Below, piece after piece: positions 9,502 through 16,458 of a DNA stretch of 37,053 nucleotides. Each line of letters starts with the position of its first letter. Within the stretch, counting starts at the first letter, position 1. The DNA is taken from contig CAMNWZ010000002.1 of the NCBI GenBank assembly GCA_946566645.1, positions 1 to 37,053 of the forward strand, in the 5' to 3' direction. The notes beneath the pieces are model-generated. The model did no database searches, had not been told where the DNA came from, and worked only from the letters and a program-made list of their open reading frames with translations. Source of the DNA: an uncultured Clostridia bacterium (GTDB lineage: Bacteria; Bacillota; Clostridia; Oscillospirales; JAAYOS01). A program made the translations under genes and the position numbers.

Positions 9502-11016
9502 ATGATAATTGAAGCACAGAATCTGTCATTTGCGTACCCCGGCTCGGCGGACAGCGTGTTCGAGGGACTGAGCTTTCGCGTGGACACCGACTGGCGGCTG
9601 GGACTGGTGGGGCGCAACGGTCGCGGCAAGACGACGCTTATGCGCATCCTCGCGGGAGAGCTTGAGCCGTCGGGAAACCTGCTCGGCGTGCGCGGCGGCG
9701 CGGACTACTTTCCGTATCCCGACCCGCCGGAGGGCTCGACCGCGCTCGAAGCGGCTGAAAACGCGCGCTCCGACCTCGAACAGTGGCGGCTTGAGATGGA
9801 ACTTTCCAAGCTCGGCGCCAACCCATCCGAGCTGCTCTGGCGCGACTACTACACCCTCTCGAACGGCGAGCGGACGAAGGTGATGCTTGCGGCGCTGTTC
9901 GCCTGCGAGGGACGGTTCCTGCTCATCGACGAGCCGACGAACCACCTCGACGCGTCGGCGCGCGAGCAGGTCGCGGAATATCTGCGGCAGAAGAACGGGT
10001 TTCTGCTTGTCAGCCACGACCGCGCGTTCCTCGACGCGTGCACCGACCATATTTTGGCACTCGACCGAAACTCGGCGGAGGTGGTGCGCGGAAATTACTC
10101 GATCTGGCGCGAGCAGCGCGACCGCCGCGAGCAGTTCGAGCGCGCGACAAACGAGCGCCTCGGCAGGGAGGTAAAGCGCCTGGACGCGGCGGCGGAGCTT
10201 GCGTCACGACGGGCGGACGCGGCGGACAAGTCGAAGTACAAGAAGTCGAACAAAAACGCGGCGCTGCACGAGGATGTGTCCCGCGGGCACGTCGGCAAGA
10301 TGGCTGCGCGGTCGGCGTCGAAGGCGAAGGCGCTCGAGCGGAGGGTGGGAAGCGCCGCCGCCGAGAAGCGCGAGCTTCTCGAGACCGCGACCCACCTTCG
10401 ACGCGACGAGACGGTGGAGGAGCTGAAGCTGTCGCCGAGAAGCGACATCCGCCGTGCGCTGCTGTCATCGGGCGGGCTGTCGATAGCCTACGACCCGTCC
10501 CGCCCTGTGTTCGAGGGGCTACGGTTCGAGATCCGACCCGGCGACCGCACGGCGATAGTGGGACGCAACGGCACCGGCAAAAGCTCGCTTCTCAAGCTGA
10601 TACTCGGCGAGGATATACCGCACACCGGCGAGCTGTTCCGCGCGAGCGGCATGGTGATGAGCTATGTCCCGCAGGACTCGAGTTTCCTTCGCGGGACAGC
10701 GCGGGACTATGCCGCCGAGTGCGGGGTGGAGGACACTCTGATGCTCGCGATACTGCGAAAGCTCGGCTTTAAGCGCGAGCAGTTCACAAAGGACATGCGC
10801 GACTGGTCGGCGGGTCAGCGAAAGAAGGTGCTGCTCGCGCGAAGCCTCTGCGAGAGCGCGCACCTGTATGTGTGGGACGAGCCGCTCAACTTCATCGACC
10901 TCGAGAGCCGCGAGCAGATAGAGCAGCTGATACTGAATTTCAAGCCGACGATGCTCTTTGTCGAGCACGACAGGCGGTTCTGCGAGAACGTCTGCACCCA
11001 GGCGATAGAGCTATGA
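9502..11016 (+). CDS. Lsa-family ABC-F ribosomal protection protein (ARE ABC-F)
   Basis: Two ABC cassettes with no TM domain: GRNGRGKTT...LSNGERTK...LLIDEPTNHLD and GRNGTGKSS...WSAGQRKK...YVWDEPLNFID. They are joined by a long Arg/Lys/Ala-rich interdomain linker. The N-terminal pattern (LSFAY...D.RLGL.GRNGRGKTTL) matches my recollection of Lsa(A). GGAGG lies 5 nt before the ATG at 9502. Confidence 0.88.
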   Translation: MIIEAQNLSFAYPGSADSVFEGLSFRVDTDWRLGLVGRNGRGKTTLMRILAGELEPSGNLLGVRGGADYFPYPDPPEGSTALEAAENARSDLEQWRLEMELSKLGANPSELLWRDYYTLSNGERTKVMLAALFACEGRFLLIDEPTNHLDASAREQVAEYLRQKNGFLLVSHDRAFLDACTDHILALDRNSAEVVRGNYSIWREQRDRREQFERATNERLGREVKRLDAAAELASRRADAADKSKYKKSNKNAALHEDVSRGHVGKMAARSASKAKALERRVGSAAAEKRELLETATHLRRDETVEELKLSPRSDIRRALLSSGGLSIAYDPSRPVFEGLRFEIRPGDRTAIVGRNGTGKSSLLKLILGEDIPHTGELFRASGMVMSYVPQDSSFLRGTARDYAAECGVEDTLMLAILRKLGFKREQFTKDMRDWSAGQRKKVLLARSLCESAHLYVWDEPLNFIDLESREQIEQLILNFKPTMLFVEHDRRFCENVCTQAIEL

Positions 11017-13119
11017 GATGAACAGGTTTCCTATCTGCCACACCGCGAAGGTGACCACCCACGCGACCGCGAGCTGGAACAGCGCGACCGCGGCTATCCA
11101 CCGTCCGCGCGGCAGGAAAACTTTTCTGCCATCGGGCGCGGGATAGAGCTTGGAAAACTCCGCGCCTATCGTGCCGAGTGCCGCCGCGCAGGGGATGTAG
11201 AGCAGGCAGAAGATCATGAGGCAGAAGGCGTTCAGTTGTCCGAAGCCCATCGACCCGAGCAGCGCCGCGAACTCGACCTCGCCCGCCGCCGAGTTCAGTC
11301 CCGCTATGCCGAACAGCACCGCGCAGCTGGACACGACCACCTCTTTTGCGGATATGCCCGCGAGCAGCGCGACCGCTATCTGCCACATTCCGAGACCGAG
11401 CGGCGCGAAGAAGGGGACGAGGAAGTGACCGAGCACCGCGCCGAAGCTGGAGTTTATCTCCTCGCCGACGAATCCGTGCGGTCCGAAGTTCATCAGCAGC
11501 CACATGACTATCGACGCGACGAAGATTATCGTGCCCGCCTTGGTGAGATAGTCCTTGACCTTCTCCCAGACGTAGATGAACACGGTGCGCGCGGCGGGCG
11601 CCTTATACTCGGGAAGCTCGATTAGCAGGCTGTTCTCGTCGTGCTTCTTGCTGAAAAGCTGCATTATCGCCGCCGCGGCTATCGCGACCACCAGGCCTAT
11701 CAGGTACATCGAGTAGGCAACGAGCATGGCGCTGTCGCCGAAGAACATTCCCGAGAAGAGTATGTATATCGGAAGCCGCGCCGAGCAGCTCATAAACGGC
11801 GTTATCAGCATCACGCGGAGCCGATCACGCTTGCTTTCGAGCGCGCGCGACGCCATTATCGCGGGCACGGTGCAGCCGAAGCCGAGTATCATCGGGATGA
11901 ACGCGCGGCCGCTGAGTCCAAGCCGCCCCATCACGCCGTCCATGACATACGCCACGCGCGCCATGTAGCCGCTGTCCTCGAGCAGCGCGAGCGCGAAAAA
12001 GAGTATCACGATGTTCGGCAGGAAGGTGAGTATCCCGCCCACGCCGGCGATTATGCCGTCCACCAGCAGAGAGCGTATCAGGTCGGGCACTCCGATGGCG
12101 GTGAGACCGTCGCCCGCGATGCCGCTGAACCACTCGAGGAACGCCTCGAAGTATCCTTTCAGCCAGTCGCCGATGGTGAAGGTGAGGAAGAACACCAGCG
12201 CCATTATGCCGAGGAATATCGGTATGCCCCAAACGCGGTGGGTGAGCACGCGGTCGACGCGGTCGGTCGACTGCTCCTTCTCCTCCTTGCCGACGAGCAC
12301 CTCGTCGATTATCTCCTGTATGAAGTCGTACTTCTCGTTTATTATCTCGCTCTCGAAGTTCGGGACTTCGCTGCCATCCGGCAGTCCGAGCACGCGGGCA
12401 AGGTCTATCGGGTACTTCTCGCAGACCTCCGCGTCGCGCTCGAGCGTCTTTATCGCGTGCCAGCGGTAGTTTTTGAGGTCGGGATAGAGCTTTTCAAGCT
12501 CGGTCATAACCAGGTCGATGCGGTCCTCCATCGCGTCCGAGTAGACCATCGCGTACTCCGAGTGGTGGTCGTGGACGTGCTCGGACGTGTGCGCGTGCTG
12601 ATGCTCGAGCAGCTCGGGCGCGTGCGAGTCCTTGTGATGCACCGCCGCGTGCAGCAGCACCGACAGCCCGTTCCGCTTGCGCGCCGAGACCGCTATGACA
12701 GGTATGCCGAGCATCTCGGGCAGGCGGTGGGTGTCTATCTCCATGCCGCGCTTGTGGACAATGTCCATCATGTTCAGCGCGAGCACCACCGGCTTGCCGA
12801 GCTCGAGCAGCTGGAGCGTGAGGTACAGATTTCGTTCGAGCGCGGACGCGTCGGCGACATCGACTATCACGTCCACGTCGTCGCCCATGATGAAGTTTCG
12901 CGACACCTGCTCCTCCATCGTGTAGGAGGTCAGGCTGTATGTGCCGGGCAGGTCGACAAGGCTTATGTCCATGCCGTGCGCCTTTATCGCGCCCTCCACC
13001 TTCTCGACCGTCACGCCCGGCCAGTTGGCGACCTTGAGGTTCGCGCCGGTGTAGGCGTTGAACAGCGTGGTTTTGCCGCAGTTCGGGTTTCCGATGAACC
13101 CTATCGTCATATCACTCAT
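11011..13119 (-). CDS. feoB: Ferrous iron transporter FeoB
   Basis: N-terminal G domain (GNPNCGKTTLFN, DLPG, NMMD) followed by a polytopic permease domain. The start is either the ATG at 13119 (an 8-nt overlap with feoA) or the ATG at 13110 (MTIGFIGNP). Confidence 0.92.
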   Translation of the reverse strand: MSDMTIGFIGNPNCGKTTLFNAYTGANLKVANWPGVTVEKVEGAIKAHGMDISLVDLPGTYSLTSYTMEEQVSRNFIMGDDVDVIVDVADASALERNLYLTLQLLELGKPVVLALNMMDIVHKRGMEIDTHRLPEMLGIPVIAVSARKRNGLSVLLHAAVHHKDSHAPELLEHQHAHTSEHVHDHHSEYAMVYSDAMEDRIDLVMTELEKLYPDLKNYRWHAIKTLERDAEVCEKYPIDLARVLGLPDGSEVPNFESEIINEKYDFIQEIIDEVLVGKEEKEQSTDRVDRVLTHRVWGIPIFLGIMALVFFLTFTIGDWLKGYFEAFLEWFSGIAGDGLTAIGVPDLIRSLLVDGIIAGVGGILTFLPNIVILFFALALLEDSGYMARVAYVMDGVMGRLGLSGRAFIPMILGFGCTVPAIMASRALESKRDRLRVMLITPFMSCSARLPIYILFSGMFFGDSAMLVAYSMYLIGLVVAIAAAAIMQLFSKKHDENSLLIELPEYKAPAARTVFIYVWEKVKDYLTKAGTIIFVASIVMWLLMNFGPHGFVGEEINSSFGAVLGHFLVPFFAPLGLGMWQIAVALLAGISAKEVVVSSCAVLFGIAGLNSAAGEVEFAALLGSMGFGQLNAFCLMIFCLLYIPCAAALGTIGAEFSKLYPAPDGRKVFLPRGRWIAAVALFQLAVAWVVTFAVWQIGNLFIS

Positions 13120-13351
13120 CGGCGCACCTCACTTCGATGTTTTCGGTTATGCCGCGTCCGAGCGCGAACCGTGTGCCGCGCACCTTCACGACGAGCACGC
13201 CGCGGCTCTTGGCGTTCTGCACCGCGACGAGCGTCCCCTTGGTCATGCCGAGCGACTCGAGCCGCTGTTCGGTCGCCGCGGGCAGCTCTATCGTCTCCAC
13301 GCGATAGCTGCCGCCTATCCTGCCCCTGCTCAGGGGAAAGATATCCTCCAT
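13112..13351 (-). CDS. feoA: FeoA family iron transport protein
   Basis: 79 aa with an SH3-like FeoA pattern (RLESLGMTKGTLVAV......GVLVVKVRGTRFALGRGITENIEV), directly upstream of feoB. Confidence 0.88.
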   Translation of the reverse strand: MEDIFPLSRGRIGGSYRVETIELPAATEQRLESLGMTKGTLVAVQNAKSRGVLVVKVRGTRFALGRGITENIEVRCADE

Positions 13352-13385
13352 GCAAGTCCCCCATTTCGGTAGTTCTTTTGCTTAG

Positions 13386-13414
13386 ATTATACGGCATTTG
13401 TAAGCCGTGTGCAA
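13386..13414 (-). promoter_or_regulatory. Sigma-A type promoter of feoAB
   Basis: On the minus strand: TTGCAC (13414..13409), a 17-nt spacer, then TATAAT (13391..13386), about 35 nt upstream of the feoA ATG. Confidence 0.55.
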
Positions 13415-13423
13415 CATGAAAAA

Positions 13424-13465
13424 TATACAAAAATCGCGGCGGGGAATCCGCTTCCTCGCCGCGAT
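13424..13465 (-). terminator. Intrinsic terminator of the copA-csoR operon (bidirectional shape)
   Basis: A 9-bp stem, ATCGCGGCG (13433..13441) with CGCCGCGAT (13457..13465), starts 3 nt after the csoR stop. It has a T-run on the minus strand and also one on the plus strand. Confidence 0.65.
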
Positions 13466-13468
13466 TTT

Positions 13469-13735
13469 TCAGCTCTTTGCCATCTTTTCGAGAAGGCTCA
13501 GCGCCTCCTCTATCTTGAGATTCGGCTCGTCGGTCTCGAGCGCGTCGCGCACGCAGCTTCGGATGTGCGCCTGGAGTATCTCCTGCGACGCGCTTTTCAG
13601 CAGCGACTGGGTCGCGAGCAGCTGATTTGCGATGTCGACGCAGTACCTGTCCTCGTCTATCATCCGAAGTATGCCGTCCAGCTGACCGCGCGCGACCTTG
13701 AGCTTGTGCGCGACCGAACTGCTGTCCGCCTTCAT
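13469..13735 (-). CDS. csoR: CsoR/RcnR-family copper-sensing repressor
   Basis: MKADSSSVAHKLKVARGQLDGILRMIDEDRYCVDIANQLLATQSLLKSASQEILQAHIRSC... contains the Cys...His...Cys ligand pattern of this family. Its ATG overlaps the copA stop (TGATG). The longer listed ORF (to 13912) runs into copA and is rejected. Confidence 0.88.
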   Translation of the reverse strand: MKADSSSVAHKLKVARGQLDGILRMIDEDRYCVDIANQLLATQSLLKSASQEILQAHIRSCVRDALETDEPNLKIEEALSLLEKMAKS

Positions 13736-16311
13736 CACGCCACCTCGGTGACGGTGTAGCCGGCTTCCTCGACAGCCGACTTCAGCGCCGCGTCGGACAC
13801 GTCGCCGCCGAGGGTGACGGTCGCCTGCTTCTTCTCGAGCGACACGTCGGCAGCGGACACGCCTGAAACTCCCTCGAGAGCCTTCTTGACATGGGCGACG
13901 CAGTGCTCGCACATCATGCCGTCGACTTTCAGAACCTTGGTCATGGTATTCATCTCCTTTTTATCGGCTAAAGCCGAGTTTTCCGAATTTATAGCGGGTG
14001 CTGCGGCGGATGTCACACCCGCCGGAGCGGCGCTGCGTATCGGCTTGAAGAACCGCAGCCGCAGCGCGTTTGAGACGACGAACACGCTCGAAAAGCTCAT
14101 CGCGAGCGCGCCGATTATCGGGCTCAGCTTGAGTCCGAACGCGGTGAAGAACACCCCCGCCGCAACCGGTATGCCGAGCGTGTTGTACGCAAGCGCCCAG
14201 AACAGGTTCTGCTTGATGTTGCGCAGCACCGCGCGGCTGAGGCGTATCGCGGTCGGCACATCGAGCAGGTCGCCGCGCATGAGCACTACGTCCGCCGACT
14301 CTATCGCCACGTCGGTACCCGCGCCTATCGCGATGCCCACGTCCGCCCGCGCGAGCGCCGGCGCGTCGTTTATGCCGTCGCCGACCATCGCGACCTTCTT
14401 TCCCTCGTTCTGAAGCTCGTGGACCTCGCGCTCCTTGTCCTGCGGCAGCACCTCCGCGACCACTCGGTCGACGCCGACGCTCGACGCTATCGACTGCGCG
14501 ACCGCCTCGTTGTCGCCGGTGAGCATCACGACCTGTATGCCCATGCCGTGCAGCTCGTCTATCGCCTGACGGCTGGTGGGCTTGACCACGTCCGCCACCG
14601 CGACCGCGCCGAGATACTTCCCGCCGTGGACAAAGCAGAGCGCCGTCTCTCCGCGCGACGCGAACTCGGTCGACGCTCGCTCCGCCTCCGCTGACTCGAT
14701 GCCCTCCGAGCGCAGCAGGCGCAGGTTTCCCGCGAGCAGCGTCTCGCCGTTCACCGTCGCGCGTATGCCGCCGCCCGGCACCTGCGAGAAGTCGTCCGCC
14801 GAGGGCATCGCCACGCCGAGCGCCTTTGCGTGCTCGACCACCGCCCGCGCGAGGGGATGCTCGCTCAGCGACTCGGCAGCCGCCGCGAGGGAGAGCAGCT
14901 CGCGCTCGTCCACGCCGTCCGCGGGCGCGACAGCTTTCACGGCGGGCTTGCCCTCGGTTATCGTGCCCGTCTTGTCGAGCACCACCGTGTCCACGCTGTG
15001 CGCCGTCTCGAGCGCCTCGCCCGATTTTATCAGTATTCCGTTCTGAGCGCCCTTGCCGGTGCCCACCATTATCGCGGTGGGTGTCGCAAGACCGAGCGCG
15101 CAGGGGCAGGAGATGACCAGCACCGCTATGCCGCAGCTGAGCGCAAACTCAAACGTCGCGCCGACTATCAGCCAAACCACCGTTGCCACTATCGCGACCG
15201 CTATCACCGCGGGGACGAACACGCCGCTCACCTTGTCCGCGAGCTTTGCGATGGGCGCCTTCGAGCCGGATGCCTCGTCCACCAGGCGCACTATCTGCGA
15301 GAGGGTCGTGTCGTCGCCGACCTTTGTCGCGCGCATCCTGAAGAAGCCGGACAGATTTATCGTCGCGCCGACCACATCGCCGCCGACCGACTTATCATTG
15401 GGGACGCTCTCGCCGGTTATCGCCGACTCGTCTATCGACGCGCTGCCCTCGGTTATCACGCCGTCAACCGGCACAGCCTCGCCCGGGCGCACGACGATGA
15501 TGTCGCCGACGCGCACCTCCTCGACGGGGATCCGGTGCTCCACGCCGTCCCGCTCGACCGACGCGCTCTTGGGCGCGAGGTCGATGAGCTTGGATATCGC
15601 GTCGGAGGTTCGCCCCTTCGCGCGCGACTCGAAGAACTTGCCGAGCGTTATCAGCGTGAGAATCATGCCCGCCGACTCGAAGTACAGCTCGTGCATGAAA
15701 ACTTCCACCGTCGCGAGGTCGCCGTCGCCGAGCGCGTACGCCATGCGGTATATCGAGTAGATGCCGTAGACGACGCTCGCGCCCGCGCCGATGGCAATGA
15801 GCGAGTCCATGTTCGGCGCGCCGTGCAGCAGCGTCTTGAATCCGACGCGGAAGTACTTGAAATTCACCGCAATGACCGGAATGAGCAGCAGAAGCTGCGT
15901 AAACGCGAAGGGTATCGCGTTCTTCGCGCCGTGGAAAAAGTGGGGGACAGGCGCTCCGAACATATGCCCCATGCAGAGATAGCTCAGCGGCGCGGCGAAT
16001 ATCGCGGACACGATGAGCCGTATTTTCAGCGACTTGTACTCGGCGTTTCGCAGGTCGTTTCGCGCGGTCGACGACGACTTGTCCGACTTCGGCGCGTCCT
16101 CGCGCGAGCGTGCGGTGTAGCCCGCCTTTACCACCGCGTCGCAGATGCCGGAGGAGCTTAGCTCGCTCTCGTCATATTCGACCGACATGCTATTTGTCAG
16201 CAGATTTACCGACACCTCACACACGCCGTCGAGCTTGCCGACCGACTTCTCCACCCGCGCGGAGCAGGCGGCGCAGGTCATTCCGCCGACGTCAAACCGT
16301 TCCTTACGCAT
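13735..16311 (-). CDS. copA: Copper-translocating P1B-type ATPase with N-terminal and C-terminal HMA domains
   Basis: N-terminal HMA GMTCAACSARVE, TM CPC motif (SCPCALGLATP), phosphorylation site DKTGTIT, SEHPLA, GDGINDAP and a C-terminal HMA MMCEHCVAHVKK. AAGGTGG lies 6 nt before the ATG at 16311 (an internal Met of the listed ORF). Confidence 0.93.
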   Translation of the reverse strand: MRKERFDVGGMTCAACSARVEKSVGKLDGVCEVSVNLLTNSMSVEYDESELSSSGICDAVVKAGYTARSREDAPKSDKSSSTARNDLRNAEYKSLKIRLIVSAIFAAPLSYLCMGHMFGAPVPHFFHGAKNAIPFAFTQLLLLIPVIAVNFKYFRVGFKTLLHGAPNMDSLIAIGAGASVVYGIYSIYRMAYALGDGDLATVEVFMHELYFESAGMILTLITLGKFFESRAKGRTSDAISKLIDLAPKSASVERDGVEHRIPVEEVRVGDIIVVRPGEAVPVDGVITEGSASIDESAITGESVPNDKSVGGDVVGATINLSGFFRMRATKVGDDTTLSQIVRLVDEASGSKAPIAKLADKVSGVFVPAVIAVAIVATVVWLIVGATFEFALSCGIAVLVISCPCALGLATPTAIMVGTGKGAQNGILIKSGEALETAHSVDTVVLDKTGTITEGKPAVKAVAPADGVDERELLSLAAAAESLSEHPLARAVVEHAKALGVAMPSADDFSQVPGGGIRATVNGETLLAGNLRLLRSEGIESAEAERASTEFASRGETALCFVHGGKYLGAVAVADVVKPTSRQAIDELHGMGIQVVMLTGDNEAVAQSIASSVGVDRVVAEVLPQDKEREVHELQNEGKKVAMVGDGINDAPALARADVGIAIGAGTDVAIESADVVLMRGDLLDVPTAIRLSRAVLRNIKQNLFWALAYNTLGIPVAAGVFFTAFGLKLSPIIGALAMSFSSVFVVSNALRLRFFKPIRSAAPAGVTSAAAPAINSENSALADKKEMNTMTKVLKVDGMMCEHCVAHVKKALEGVSGVSAADVSLEKKQATVTLGGDVSDAALKSAVEEAGYTVTEVA
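13738..13944 (-). other. CopZ-like HMA module in frame inside copA, with its own Shine-Dalgarno and ATG (possible nested product or fossil of a gene fusion)
   Basis: The minus strand reads ...GATAAAAAGGAGATGAATACCATGACCAAGGTTCTGAAAGTCGACGGC... AAGGAG lies 9 nt before the ATG at 13944. The encoded 69 aa (MTKVLKVDGMMCEHCVAHVKKALEG...) form a complete ferredoxin-fold HMA unit. Confidence 0.35.
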
Positions 16312-16338
16312 ATCTGACCACCTTTCTTCAGTGGGAAT

Positions 16339-16361
16339 GTACCCATACCCCCCGGGGGTAC
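16339..16361 (-). promoter_or_regulatory. Putative CsoR operator
   Basis: GTACCCATACCCCCCGGGGGTAC contains the GC-rich pseudo-palindrome TACCCCCC/GGGGGTA (16346..16360). It lies between the -10 box and the copA RBS and resembles known CsoR boxes (TACCC-N-GGGGTA type). Confidence 0.6.
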
Positions 16362-16365
16362 TGTT

Positions 16366-16395
16366 AGTATAAAACAAATACCTCTCGGGTGTCAA
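16366..16395 (-). promoter_or_regulatory. Sigma-A type promoter of copA
   Basis: On the minus strand: TTGACA (16395..16390), an 18-nt spacer, then TATACT (16371..16366). The -35 box lies inside the loop of the hairpin 16377..16403. Confidence 0.55.
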
Positions 16396-16458
16396 GAGGT
16401 ATTTTCGCTCGATATATAAAAAGTATGCGCCGCGCGTCGATGTGTGCGGAATGGCGCG

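Noticed and set aside
11111-11130. Hairpin GGCAGGAA/TTTTCTGCC just downstream of the ABC-F stop, considered as its terminator.
   Set aside because: There is no U-tract on either strand and it lies inside the feoB coding sequence. The evidence for an intrinsic terminator is insufficient.
13736-13912. Longer version of the csoR ORF (147 aa).
   Set aside because: The extra 59 residues are Arg-rich, overlap the copA C-terminal HMA coding region in another frame, and are not part of any CsoR. The internal Met gives a normal 88-aa CsoR with TGATG coupling.
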